NCBI GenBank assembly: GCA_964230645.1
Contig: CAXRHT010000001.1
Span: 416,001-480,000 of the forward strand
Length of the DNA: 64,000 nucleotides
Direction of reading: 5' to 3'
From: Bdellovibrionales bacterium
GTDB lineage: Bacteria; Bdellovibrionota; Bdellovibrionia; Bdellovibrionales; JAGQZY01
The notes below the pieces were generated by a model, which was not told the origin of the DNA, did not search any database, and saw only the letters and a program-made list of their open reading frames with translations. The position numbers and the translations under genes were made by a program. Positions 28,871 to 38,993 of the stretch are shown here, piece after piece (position 1 is the stretch's first letter; each line of letters begins with the position of its first letter).

Positions 28871-30889
28871 TTAAGAACCGAGATTTCCATCAAGAATTTC
28901 CAGTTGTAAAATCTCAAGTCGCTTTATCTTATCACGGAATCGGGCCGCCTCTTCAAACTCTAAATTATCGGAAGCCTTTTTCATTTTCTTGCGAAGCTCT
29001 TTAACCTCTTTACTGATTTCTCCAGGATTTTCGACAATCTTATCCAGATCCTTTTGCTTACCGGGCTTTCTCGTGGAATGCGCTTCGTAAATTTCGACCA
29101 ATCCTTCCGAAATCTTTTTGGTAATCGTTTGCGGTGTGATCCCATGCTCTCTATTGTGCTCTAATTGAATCTTACGACGCCGGGCTGTTTCGTCCATGGC
29201 TTTTTCCATGGACTTTGTTACTCGGTCAGCATAAAGGATCACACGTCCCTCAGAATTCCTGGCCGCTCGTCCAATTGTTTGAATCAAAGAGCGCTCTGAC
29301 CTTAAAAAACCCTCTTTATCGGCATCGGTGATCGCCACCAAACTCACCTCTGGGATATCAAGTCCCTCTCTTAAAAGGTTAATACCCACCAGAACATCAA
29401 AGAGTCCTAAACGAAGATCTCTGATGATTTCACTTCGCTCCACCGTTTTAATATCACTGTGCAGATATTTAACTTTAATCCCTACTCCACTCAGATAAGA
29501 CGTCAAATCTTCGGAGCTTTTTTTAGTAAGAGTCGTTACTAGTACTCTTTCTTTTTTCTTCACACGCTTTCTGATCTCACCTAAAAGATCATCCACCTGA
29601 GTGGTCGCAGGCCTGACTTCTACCAACGGATCGACAAGACCTGTCGGACGAATAATCTGCTCGACAATGTGATTAGGACACTTTTGTTTTTCGTAATCAC
29701 CGGGTGTGGCAGAAACGTAAACCACCTTATCCATAAGCTTTTCAAACTCTTGAAAATTAAGAGGACGGTTATCAAGGGCTGAAGGCAAACGAAAACCATG
29801 CTCCACAAGAGTCGACTTTCTGGCTCTATCTCCACGATACATCCCACCAATCTGTGGAACCGTCACATGAGACTCATCAATAAAGGTTACAAAATCACTG
29901 GGAAAATACTCTAAAAGAGTCGGAGGAGGCTCACCTTCAGCACGCCCAGTGAAGTGGCGCGAATAATTCTCAATGCCCTGGCAAAATCCGAGCTCTTCGA
30001 TCATCTCGATATCGTAGTAAGTTCTTTGCTCTAGCCTCTTGGCTTCATCATACTTCATATTTTCTTTAAGAAAGGCCAGACGCTCTTGCAACTCAGCTTG
30101 AATGGTTTTAATCGCTCTTTTTTGCTGTTCGTCGGTATTAACGTGATGGCTTCCTGGATAAATAGCAATCTGGTCGAGCTCTTCGAAGACTTCCCCGGTC
30201 AAAGGGTCAAACCAGTGAATCTTTTCAACAAAGTCTCCAAAAAATTCGATACGGATCACTTTTGAGTCTTCATAGGGAGGAAAAATATCAACAACGTCTC
30301 CCCTTACCCGAAAAGTTCCACGGTGAAAATCATGATCCCCACGAGTGTAAAGGATACGAACAAGTTCTCTTAAGAGATGATCACGCTTAAGCTCCCTGTT
30401 ACTAAACACCTGAACCAGCATCCCTTCATAAGCTTCAGGACTTCCCAAACCGTAAATACAGGAAACACTACTAACAATAATCACATCTTTACGATCAAGA
30501 AGTGAATGGGTGGCCGAGTGCCTCATGCGATCAATTTGCTCGTTAATCGCGGAATCTTTTTCAATATAGGTGTCAGTCGTCGGAATATAAGCTTCTGGCT
30601 GATAGTAGTCGTAGTAACTGACAAAGTACTCCACCGCATTTTTAGGAAAGAGTTCTTTAAACTCTACAAAAAGTTGAGCCGCTAATGTTTTGTTGGGTGC
30701 CAAAATCAGAGCAGGTCGACCTAATTTTTCAATCACATGAGCCATGGTAAAAGTTTTACCACTCCCCGTAACTCCTAAAAGAGTCTGGTGATGCTCTCCT
30801 CCATTAAAACTTGAAACGAGGGTTTCTATAGCTTTAGGCTGATCACCCGATGGTTTGTACTCACTCTCGATCTGAAAAATTTTACCCAT
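28871..30889 (-). CDS. uvrB: Excinuclease ABC subunit B
   Basis: [43 protein letters not shown]-terminal UVR domain. Confidence 0.98.
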   Translation of the reverse strand: MGKIFQIESEYKPSGDQPKAIETLVSSFNGGEHHQTLLGVTGSGKTFTMAHVIEKLGRPALILAPNKTLAAQLFVEFKELFPKNAVEYFVSYYDYYQPEAYIPTTDTYIEKDSAINEQIDRMRHSATHSLLDRKDVIIVSSVSCIYGLGSPEAYEGMLVQVFSNRELKRDHLLRELVRILYTRGDHDFHRGTFRVRGDVVDIFPPYEDSKVIRIEFFGDFVEKIHWFDPLTGEVFEELDQIAIYPGSHHVNTDEQQKRAIKTIQAELQERLAFLKENMKYDEAKRLEQRTYYDIEMIEELGFCQGIENYSRHFTGRAEGEPPPTLLEYFPSDFVTFIDESHVTVPQIGGMYRGDRARKSTLVEHGFRLPSALDNRPLNFQEFEKLMDKVVYVSATPGDYEKQKCPNHIVEQIIRPTGLVDPLVEVRPATTQVDDLLGEIRKRVKKKERVLVTTLTKKSSEDLTSYLSGVGIKVKYLHSDIKTVERSEIIRDLRLGLFDVLVGINLLREGLDIPEVSLVAITDADKEGFLRSERSLIQTIGRAARNSEGRVILYADRVTKSMEKAMDETARRRKIQLEHNREHGITPQTITKKISEGLVEIYEAHSTRKPGKQKDLDKIVENPGEISKEVKELRKKMKKASDNLEFEEAARFRDKIKRLEILQLEILDGNLGS

Positions 30890-30892
30890 AAA

Positions 30893-32350
30893 CTACTTAT
30901 CACCTCGACATTGCTTCACTCGTGCAATCAAAGACTCTCTTTCAATTAGTGGCACAAGACTTTTTAAGTCCGCCCCATGAGGTTTACCAATCACCGCCAC
31001 TCGGATCGGCATAAAAAGCTGTTTACCCTTAACCCCTACTTTTTCTTTAACGTGATTTTGTGCTTCATCAAATTCCTCGGGTGTCAGGTACATATTGTGA
31101 TGCTTTTTTAGTTCTTCTTCCCAAGCATTAAAAACCTCGGGGGTTGTTTCCCAAGCGATCACCTCGTCGGCCTCTTCAGTCACTTCAAAGAGTTTTCCAT
31201 CAATGGGTCTGAAGAGCTCAGGAGCATCGGCCAGGGTTTCCATTTTTGGTTTAAAGATTTCAAGAGACTTGTGGATGAAATCCTCATTTTCGGGAAGGCT
31301 AATGTTTTCTTTTTCAAAAAGAGGCTTTAAATGATTCCAGAGCTTCTGATTTTCAAGAGCGCGCAAGTGGACCGAATTCATCCATTTGAATTTCTCTTGA
31401 TCAAACACAGCCCCTGCGGTGTGAAGCCTAGTTCCGTCAAACTTTTCCATCAATTCTTCTTCACTCAGAATTTCTTGATCGTTTCCAGGAGACCACCCCA
31501 AAAGAGCCACAAAGTTTAATAAGGCCTGAGGAAGATAACCTGTTTCTCGATACTGATTACAACTTGTAGCACCATGGCGTTTACTCAGTTTTTGTTTATC
31601 GGCCCCTAAAATCAAAGAGAGGTGACCAAACTGAGGAAGCTTAAACCCTAGAGCTTCATAAATCATTTTTTGTCTTAGAGTGTTTGATAAATGCTCTTCG
31701 GCTCGAAACACATGAGTGATCTCCATAAGGGCATCATCAATAGCGCAGCAAAAGTTATAAACAGGCATTCCATTTGAACGCATAAGAATAAAGTCACTGA
31801 CCATGTCTTCTGGCAAACGGACTTCACCTCTGACTAAATCTTCAATCACATGATCCTCTTTACCATCGACTTTAAAACGAACAGCCGCAGGCACACCTTC
31901 TCTTACCTTTTTTTGAGCCTCTTCAAACGGAAGGATATTGTCGGGACGAGGAATTCTTGTAAATTTCTCTGAGGCTTGTTTGATTTTTTCTAATTCTTCA
32001 TCTGTTCGAAAATCATAGTAGGCGAGGCCCTTACTAAGCAGTTCGTCACAATACTTGCGATAAATTTCAAGTCTCTGTGACTGTCTATAAGGTCCATACT
32101 CGCCCTGGTCTTCGAGTGTGTCGGGATCAATCCCCTCATCCCAGCTTAAGCCCAACCACTGCAAATCAGAGAGTTGCATTCTTAAGGATTCATCAGTGCT
32201 TCGCTCAAGGTCTGTGTCCTCAATGCGCAAAATAAACGTCCCCCCCTTATTTTTAGCAAAGAGGTAATTGTAAAGAGCCGTTCTCGCTCCTCCCACATGT
32301 AAATAACCCGTTGGACTTGGTGCAAAACGAACACGCACTGTCTCTGACAT
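30893..32350 (-). CDS. gltX: Glutamate--tRNA ligase
   Basis: RFAPSPTGYLHVGG (HIGH), LRIEDTD, KLSKR (KMSKS). Confidence 0.97.
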   Translation of the reverse strand: MSETVRVRFAPSPTGYLHVGGARTALYNYLFAKNKGGTFILRIEDTDLERSTDESLRMQLSDLQWLGLSWDEGIDPDTLEDQGEYGPYRQSQRLEIYRKYCDELLSKGLAYYDFRTDEELEKIKQASEKFTRIPRPDNILPFEEAQKKVREGVPAAVRFKVDGKEDHVIEDLVRGEVRLPEDMVSDFILMRSNGMPVYNFCCAIDDALMEITHVFRAEEHLSNTLRQKMIYEALGFKLPQFGHLSLILGADKQKLSKRHGATSCNQYRETGYLPQALLNFVALLGWSPGNDQEILSEEELMEKFDGTRLHTAGAVFDQEKFKWMNSVHLRALENQKLWNHLKPLFEKENISLPENEDFIHKSLEIFKPKMETLADAPELFRPIDGKLFEVTEEADEVIAWETTPEVFNAWEEELKKHHNMYLTPEEFDEAQNHVKEKVGVKGKQLFMPIRVAVIGKPHGADLKSLVPLIERESLIARVKQCRGDK

Positions 32351-32509
32351 TGAAACTCCTTTTGAGCGGGGGTGAATTTAACCACCCACCTTACCACTTT
32401 CTGCACGGCCTTGTAGGTCAGAAGTGCAAATCCATGCATTCTGACGCAAACCATTAAAAACAATCAGGAAAAGCGTGAATAAAGGGGTCCAGTCGGCCTA
32501 TTTTTTAGC

Positions 32510-32536
32510 TAAATAATTAACCAGATATTCCGATAA
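32510..32536 (+). promoter_or_regulatory. Sigma28 (FliA)-like promoter
   Basis: TAAA-N15-TCCGATAA (consensus TAAA-N15-GCCGATAA) just upstream of 32551. Confidence 0.65.
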
Positions 32537-32550
32537 CTTACAGGACTGAG

Positions 32551-34152
32551 GTGATTGTGATTTTTCGGCTTGTTCTACTAATTTTTATTGGTCTTATGAC
32601 GACAATTGCAAAAGGAGAGGTCACCTCTCCTGAAGAAGGTTTTGCTGAGATTTCAGAAGATCACAATCAGAGCTGTTCTGAAATCGAAGTCGATCTTCAG
32701 AATGACATTTTAGAGAGTTTAGAGACTACTAGAAACCGCATTGAGTCTCTTGTGGAATGCACGTCTAATTCCATAACCCCATCCTGGCAAAGGCAATGCC
32801 AAGAAATCCAAAACGCAACAAACCAAGTCATTGAAACGGCCGTCGAGCACCGTGAGCAGGTGTCTAATTTTTTTAATGGACTTTATCTTTCGTGGTACCG
32901 ACAGCTTGATCCTGCAGGTCAACATCGCGCTCGGATGTGTTTTCACAGCGATGAACAGTCCATCGAGCCCACTGCAGAAACGGCTCCTGTGGAGCCCTTT
33001 CTCACCGCTAATCAATTTAGAATCAATGAAGTCGCTCCAAGTGCGCTTTGCCGCCGATTCAATCTTGATAACTTCATCCCCTACACATACGCCGGTTTCA
33101 ATGCCTACCGTGAAGCCTCCGAGTACCCTGAAGGAGGCGAAGAGTTTCAACAACTGCTTCGATTTCGGCGCTCTCCATTAGGAAAAGCCCTCGGGGCTGA
33201 TTTTGGCATTCATGCGCAACAGGGACGGGAAGAACTCACCGCCACTTTGCATTCCAAACTGGATCAATCCCTTCGTCAGATCGACCGCCTTAAAAGGAGG
33301 ATTGGGCAATGGGGAAACTCGAGAAGGTTCAACGTTTATCAATTTGATTCCCACTTCCAAGCCTACCTCAATCAGCAGCCCCCGGAACAAAGACAGAATA
33401 TTCAAGCCTGTCGAGACTCCAGCACCTGGGCTAGATCATGCCTAGGAAGTTCTGAGTCCGTTCGTTCATCCACTTGGGGAGAATGTGCTTTTCGAACGGG
33501 AGGCGTTTTGGCTGACTTCCTTCCTGTTATTGGAATGATTGATTCAGTGATAGCTTATCGAGACGCTCAAGGAGCCTACGCTGGGAATTTAGTTTCAGCC
33601 CAGGAGCATCAACGGCAGATTCAAGAGTCCTCTTTTAATTTTCTACTTTCCCTTCCAATCACTGGAGCCACAACCGCTGCCACATCAGGCATCCGAATGG
33701 GAGGTGTTCTTGGTAGAGGAGCTCTTGCAAATCTTCGCCCTGATCTTTCCACTGGACGCTTAATATTTATTCGGGGAAATGCGCAGCGAGCTGGAGATGT
33801 GATCCCCAATGAGCAAGTCGCTCTTAGTAGAGGTCAGAGTTATACAGTGGTGCAAACGAGAGAGGGTGAATTGGTGATTGGTGAGAATATCCCCTCTCTT
33901 TACGACGACACCATCGGAGGAGCTGGCTCCCATGTCACACTGAGTGATTTTGCAAACATCGAAGGCTATAGCTATATCAACCCCGGTGCCATTCGCGTAA
34001 ATCGAAATGGATCTATTGATATCAGCGGGAGAGCGAATCAAGGAGACAGCCTTCAACGCGCCAACAGAATTCGAGCGCTTGTGGAGGAACTGTTCCCAGG
34101 CGCATCTCTTCGAGTCACACCCGGGCGCCTTAGCGATTTCCCGCCTCCCTAA
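32551..34152 (+). CDS. Secreted protein with pre-toxin-like segment and putative C-terminal toxin domain
   Basis: Signal peptide, helical N-region, ADFLPVIG...LSLPITG (PT-TG-like), and a compact C-terminal beta-rich domain with a conserved-looking His. Confidence 0.65.
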   Translation: MIVIFRLVLLIFIGLMTTIAKGEVTSPEEGFAEISEDHNQSCSEIEVDLQNDILESLETTRNRIESLVECTSNSITPSWQRQCQEIQNATNQVIETAVEHREQVSNFFNGLYLSWYRQLDPAGQHRARMCFHSDEQSIEPTAETAPVEPFLTANQFRINEVAPSALCRRFNLDNFIPYTYAGFNAYREASEYPEGGEEFQQLLRFRRSPLGKALGADFGIHAQQGREELTATLHSKLDQSLRQIDRLKRRIGQWGNSRRFNVYQFDSHFQAYLNQQPPEQRQNIQACRDSSTWARSCLGSSESVRSSTWGECAFRTGGVLADFLPVIGMIDSVIAYRDAQGAYAGNLVSAQEHQRQIQESSFNFLLSLPITGATTAATSGIRMGGVLGRGALANLRPDLSTGRLIFIRGNAQRAGDVIPNEQVALSRGQSYTVVQTREGELVIGENIPSLYDDTIGGAGSHVTLSDFANIEGYSYINPGAIRVNRNGSIDISGRANQGDSLQRANRIRALVEELFPGASLRVTPGRLSDFPPP

Positions 34153-34155
34153 GGC

Positions 34156-34189
34156 AAAAAAAAAAGCCAGAGGTCCCAACCTCTGGCTT
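34156..34189. terminator. Terminator between convergent genes
   Basis: AAGCCAGAGG-TCCCAA-CCTCTGGCTT hairpin with a long T run on the minus strand (carD side). Confidence 0.8.
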
Positions 34190-34218
34190 CGATTCCCATA
34201 ACCCTTCGTCCTTAAGAC

Positions 34219-34737
34219 TTAAGCTTCTTCTGCTTCCACTCCAAAAATAGCTTTCACTTCATCTCGCTCAAGTTCTTTTTTAGTCGTTGCTAAGGAAAGT
34301 TCTGTAATCAAAAGATTGCGAGCTGTGTCTAGCATCTTACGCTCTCCAAAACTAAGTTCCTTATCCACTTTTAATAAAAATAAATCTCTAAGTACTTCCG
34401 CGATTTCGTAGACTGATCCCGTTTTGATTTTCTCCATATACTCGCGGTATCGACGGTTCCAAGTTTGGTTGTCGATTTTCACATCTTTTTCTTGAAGAAT
34501 GTTAAGAACCTTGGAGGCCTCTGTTTTCGATATGATCGGACGTAGCCCCACATTTTTAGCATTGTTTTTAGGGACCAAAATTTTCATTCCTGTTTCCAGA
34601 ATTTTGATCGAATAAAACACTTGCTTACAACCCATCATTTCTTTTTGCTCAACAGCTACGACTTCACCTACACCGTGGCCAGGATAAACAGCGTTGTCTC
34701 CAACCTTAAAAACATCATCCTTTACTTCTTCGCCCAT
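34219..34737 (-). CDS. carD: CarD/CdnL family transcription factor
   Basis: FKVGDNAVYPGHGVG, GLRPII, TWNRRYRE, LSFGERKML. Start at ATG 34737 (GGAGGA RBS). Confidence 0.95.
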   Translation of the reverse strand: MGEEVKDDVFKVGDNAVYPGHGVGEVVAVEQKEMMGCKQVFYSIKILETGMKILVPKNNAKNVGLRPIISKTEASKVLNILQEKDVKIDNQTWNRRYREYMEKIKTGSVYEIAEVLRDLFLLKVDKELSFGERKMLDTARNLLITELSLATTKKELERDEVKAIFGVEAEEA

Positions 34738-34985
34738 TGATCCTCCATTCATCGAGGAACTTTATAACACTTATGACACACTTGGGCAATAGCGAAAGTG
34801 ACGATTTTTGTTTTTCCCAAAAAGCAAAAACTGTAAAGATTTCAGCGGTGTACAGAGTTTTGTCAAAGTCGCACCTGTACTCTTGTTTAAATGGAGAAGG
34901 ACGAAAACTATGTTGGCATTTTAGTTTTTACATGGGGGTGAAAGAATGAAAAACTATTAAACGCTCCTGTAAAAAGGTAAAAACC

Positions 34986-37073
34986 TCATCCGATCATCTC
35001 TTTATTTTCGAAGATTTCTTGGCGTAAAAATTGGTGCTGTTTCTGGCTTAGCTCTGGGTCTTTTTGCAAAACTTCAAAGGCAGCTTGCCTTGCTCTTTTC
35101 AGTAGGGGGAGATCTCTCACAAGATTGGCCATTCGAAATCCAGGGAGCCCCGATTGTCTGGCGCCGAGAAATTCTCCTGGCCCCCTGATCTCAAGATCCG
35201 CTTCTGAAATTTTAAAGCCATCAGCCGTGTGCTCCATCAATTGAATCCGCTCTCGCGACTCTTGTGATACGGCATGCCCCAGTGAGAGTACGCAATAACT
35301 CTTGTGACTGCCTCGCCCTACTCGCCCACGCAATTGGTGAAGTTGCGATAATCCAAATCGCTCGGCATGCTCAATCCAAATAAGATTGGCGTTTGGAACA
35401 TCCACTCCCACTTCAATCACCGTGGTTGATACCAAAATATCGAAATCTTGGTCGCGAAATTTTCTCATCACCTGATCTTTTTCATCACTTTTCATCTTGC
35501 CGTGGATAAGGCCAATCTTTAGATCAGGGAGTTCTTTTTTTAAACGCTCGTACTCATCAGTGGCGTTGGAGAGATCCATCTTTTCACTCTCTTCCACCAG
35601 CGGATAGACGATGTAAGCTTGCCGGCCTTTTTTTATTTGATCGCGAACAAAACCCACCACCTTTTCTCTTTTACTCTGATAGGTCATACGAGTCACAATA
35701 GGCTGACGCCCTTTTGGCATTTCATTGATAATAGAAACATCAAGATCACCGTAGACAGTCATAGCAAGGCTGCGAGGAATGGGTGTGGCCGTCATCAAAA
35801 GAAAGTGAGGACTTTTGCCTTTTTGTTTAAGCTTTTTTCTTTGCTCAACACCGAATCGATGTTGTTCGTCCACTATAACGAGTCCAAGATTTTTAAAATT
35901 TACGTTTTCTTGGATCAGAGCATGTGTCCCCACGACGAGATCATACTCACCACTGGCAATCTTTTCTTCGACAAGCTTTTTCTCGCTCCCCTTCATTTGC
36001 CCGGTGATAAAACCCACACGGATACCAAGAGGTTCAAGAAGTTTTGTGGCTCCCTTAAAATGCTGGCCTGCTAAAATTTCTGTTGGAACCATAAGAGCGG
36101 CTTGAAAGCCGTTATCTATTGCAACGAGAGAAGATAATAACGCCACCAAAGTTTTACCACTCCCCACATCTCCTTGTACCATTCGATGCATGGGAGAGGG
36201 TTTAGCAAGATCTTCTTTGATTTCATCAAAAGCCAATGATTGAGCTTTGGTAAGCTCAAACGGAAGAGAGTTCTTTAACTCCTGAGTTTTCTGACCTCTT
36301 TCTTTTAAGGCTGGAGCCTGTTCTTTTTTTAAGCCTTGCTTTTTAGCGGCCAACAAAAGTTCCAACCAAAAGAATTCCTCAAAAATAATTCTCTGATGAA
36401 ACGGGGATTTGTAATCAAGAAAGTCTCTACCCGAACCCTTAGGCGGAGAATGAATGGCCACCAGTGTTTCTTTTAGCGGGGCCAAGTCGTATTTTTCAAT
36501 CAACCAAGAAGGAAGTTTCTCGTCGTAGCCACCCACCTCGTCATTCTTTAACAACTCTGTGGCACTAGAAACAATTTTTCTCCAACGTGTTGTGCTTAAG
36601 CCTTCCGTCTCCGAGTAAATTGGAATCAACTCATCCTTATTGGCTTCAGCATCAGGTTTGATATCCTGAATGTCGGGATGGTGAAACTCCACACGTCCGC
36701 GATAATGGGTGACCTTTCCAATCACTCGAACCTGTTGTCTGGGTTCAAAGCGCTCAAAATAACCTCGATAAGGCACACGAAAAAATTTGCAGTGAATAAC
36801 GCCCGAACCATCTCGAACAGTGACATCATAGATTTTTCTTTTAGAACGGCCAAGGCTATAGGAACTCACGTTGGTGACTTCGGCTTTAATGCTGACTGTT
36901 TCTCCCACTTGCAGGGAGGCAATATTACGAGCGGCTCGACGATCCTCATAAGTGCGAGGATAATTTTGAATCAGATCCTCAAAAGTGTGGATTCCCTTTT
37001 TTTTAAGAAGAGTGCCAAGCTTTGGTCCAACTCCCTTAAGATATTGTATTGGCGTATCAAAATAGAGCCCCAT
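34986..37073 (-). CDS. recG: ATP-dependent DNA helicase RecG
   Basis: LKGVGPK, QGDVGSGKT, DEQHRFG, MTATPIPR, QLHQLRGRVGR, DLEIRGPGE. Confidence 0.98.
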   Translation of the reverse strand: MGLYFDTPIQYLKGVGPKLGTLLKKKGIHTFEDLIQNYPRTYEDRRAARNIASLQVGETVSIKAEVTNVSSYSLGRSKRKIYDVTVRDGSGVIHCKFFRVPYRGYFERFEPRQQVRVIGKVTHYRGRVEFHHPDIQDIKPDAEANKDELIPIYSETEGLSTTRWRKIVSSATELLKNDEVGGYDEKLPSWLIEKYDLAPLKETLVAIHSPPKGSGRDFLDYKSPFHQRIIFEEFFWLELLLAAKKQGLKKEQAPALKERGQKTQELKNSLPFELTKAQSLAFDEIKEDLAKPSPMHRMVQGDVGSGKTLVALLSSLVAIDNGFQAALMVPTEILAGQHFKGATKLLEPLGIRVGFITGQMKGSEKKLVEEKIASGEYDLVVGTHALIQENVNFKNLGLVIVDEQHRFGVEQRKKLKQKGKSPHFLLMTATPIPRSLAMTVYGDLDVSIINEMPKGRQPIVTRMTYQSKREKVVGFVRDQIKKGRQAYIVYPLVEESEKMDLSNATDEYERLKKELPDLKIGLIHGKMKSDEKDQVMRKFRDQDFDILVSTTVIEVGVDVPNANLIWIEHAERFGLSQLHQLRGRVGRGSHKSYCVLSLGHAVSQESRERIQLMEHTADGFKISEADLEIRGPGEFLGARQSGLPGFRMANLVRDLPLLKRARQAAFEVLQKDPELSQKQHQFLRQEIFENKEMIG

Positions 37074-37261
37074 AACTCCCCTTGTCGGACCGAAATTTTA
37101 TGTAATCCCTAGAGGGAAGTCAAAAAGAGAGGATCTCTTCCCTGGAAAAGCTTGGGAATAGAATAAAAAGGCAGCACTATTTTCAAAAGACTGGACTCTA
37201 ACCTCCTGCACCACAGAAAAGCTTCCCTTGAATCTATGGCTGGTCGTGGCAAAATTTTAGG

Positions 37262-38182
37262 ATGAACTCCGATTACTTCAATGTTCGAGTGGGATGTCTC
37301 ACACCTGAAATGGCACTGCCTTTTGACATTTATGTTCAAATTCAAAATCGCCATGTCCATTACCTTCGCGCTGGCGATTCTTTGAAAACAGAAAAAATAG
37401 CAAAAATTGGAGAATCCAGCCGCTTTTACATCCCTAGCTCCCAAAGACAAATTTTCAAAGATTTTATTCACAGACAGCTTGAAGACGAAGACATTGAGGC
37501 TAAAACCAAAGCCGAAATATTGCGGGAAAGCTCACTATCATTGGTCGAAGAAATTTATGAAAACCCTGATGTGGGTGCCGCTCTTGAAGACTCAAAAAAA
37601 ATTATCCATGAGTTCGTTCGTTTTATGGAACAAGAGCCCGAAGGCATGGATCACCTGATTAGTCTCTCGACTCATGATTTCTACACCTACAATCACTCAC
37701 TCGATGTCGGAGTCTATGCTCTTGGAATTGGTCGCTTGGCCGGTTACTCTCAAGAAGAGCTTGAAGAATTAGGGCGAGGCGCTCTTTTTCACGATATTGG
37801 TAAAAAATGGGTCGACGTGGATATCATTTGCAAAAAAGGGGCCCTCGATGACGTCGAATGGGCGCAAATGAAAAAGCATCCCGAATTTGGTTTGCAAATT
37901 CTTTCAGAATACGATGTCAGTGATGCGATCAAGGCTTGCTGCTTTGAGCACCACGAAAGCTTTCTTGGCAACGGCTATCCACAAGAGCTCCCCGGAGAAG
38001 ACATTCACCCAATGGCCCGCATTATTGCCATCACGGACACCTACGATGCCATGACAACACAGCGCTCTTATAACGAGCCCATGACTCCCAAAGACGCTAT
38101 CGAGTTTATGACAACGAAATTAAAAGATCGCTACGACCCGGAGCTTTTAAGAATTCTTCGAGAAGTCATGTTCAAATTGTGA
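37262..38182 (+). CDS. HD-GYP domain cyclic di-GMP phosphodiesterase
   Basis: YTYNHS, FHDIGK, KHP, HHE..GNGYP, DTYDAMT..RSY. Confidence 0.92.
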   Translation: MNSDYFNVRVGCLTPEMALPFDIYVQIQNRHVHYLRAGDSLKTEKIAKIGESSRFYIPSSQRQIFKDFIHRQLEDEDIEAKTKAEILRESSLSLVEEIYENPDVGAALEDSKKIIHEFVRFMEQEPEGMDHLISLSTHDFYTYNHSLDVGVYALGIGRLAGYSQEELEELGRGALFHDIGKKWVDVDIICKKGALDDVEWAQMKKHPEFGLQILSEYDVSDAIKACCFEHHESFLGNGYPQELPGEDIHPMARIIAITDTYDAMTTQRSYNEPMTPKDAIEFMTTKLKDRYDPELLRILREVMFKL

Positions 38183-38291
38183 TTTTTGACAATTTGAATT
38201 TTTGAGACTTTTTAACTTAAGAAATTCTTTGTCACTTTATTAGAGTTGTAACGAATAATCTCTAAATGCCTATGTTGCTGAAAGGAACACT

Positions 38292-38993
38292 ATGAAAAAC
38301 TGGGGGCGAATACTACTAGCCGTGGCCGTTTTAGGGCTTATCGCAAGCTTTTTCCTTTTTGACCTCGATCAGTACTTCACTTTGAAATACCTAAAAAGCC
38401 AACAAGACAATTTTGAAAACTTCTACGCCAACAATCCCGTCGTTACAATCGCCATTTATATGGCAATATATATCATCAGTGTCGCCCTCTCAGTTCCCGG
38501 TGCCGCACTTTTAACTCTTCTTGGAGGGGCGCTTTTCGGAGTGCTCGCTGGAACGATTATCGTCTCTTTTGCTAGCACCATCGGAGCGACCCTAGCCTTT
38601 TTAGCGGCGCGCTTTATCTTACGCAACTGGGTTCAGACAAAATTTAAAAACCAACTGGAAAAAGTGAATCAAGGAGTGAAGAACGAGGGAGGCTTTTATC
38701 TTTTTGTTTTAAGATTGATTCCGGCTGTGCCCTTTTTTGTGATCAATCTTGTAATGGGCCTAACTCCCATGAGAACTCTGACCTTCTTTTTTGTCAGCCA
38801 AGTGGGAATGCTTCCTGGTACCATTGTTTACGTCAATGCTGGCACTCAGCTCTCCCAAATCGATAGCTTAAAAGGAATTCTTTCCATTGAGCTTATCGCC
38901 TCATTTGCCGCCTTAGGGCTTTTCCCCTTCGTTACTAAAAAAATTATGAAAAAAGTGGTTAAGAAAAAAGGGATGGATAATGTCAAAGTATGA
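38292..38993 (+). CDS. TVP38/TMEM64 (DedA/VTT) family membrane protein
   Basis: LSVPGA..LTLLGGALFG, GATLAF..AR, LRLIPAVPFFVINL, SQVGMLPGT. Confidence 0.92.
   Translation: MKNWGRILLAVAVLGLIASFFLFDLDQYFTLKYLKSQQDNFENFYANNPVVTIAIYMAIYIISVALSVPGAALLTLLGGALFGVLAGTIIVSFASTIGATLAFLAARFILRNWVQTKFKNQLEKVNQGVKNEGGFYLFVLRLIPAVPFFVINLVMGLTPMRTLTFFFVSQVGMLPGTIVYVNAGTQLSQIDSLKGILSIELIASFAALGLFPFVTKKIMKKVVKKKGMDNVKV

Noticed and set aside
38980..38993. Frameshifted TVP38-oxidoreductase fusion (pseudogene)
   Set aside because: The second ORF has its own ATG, a purine-rich RBS and a complete N-terminal FAD motif, so a normal 14 nt overlap explains it.
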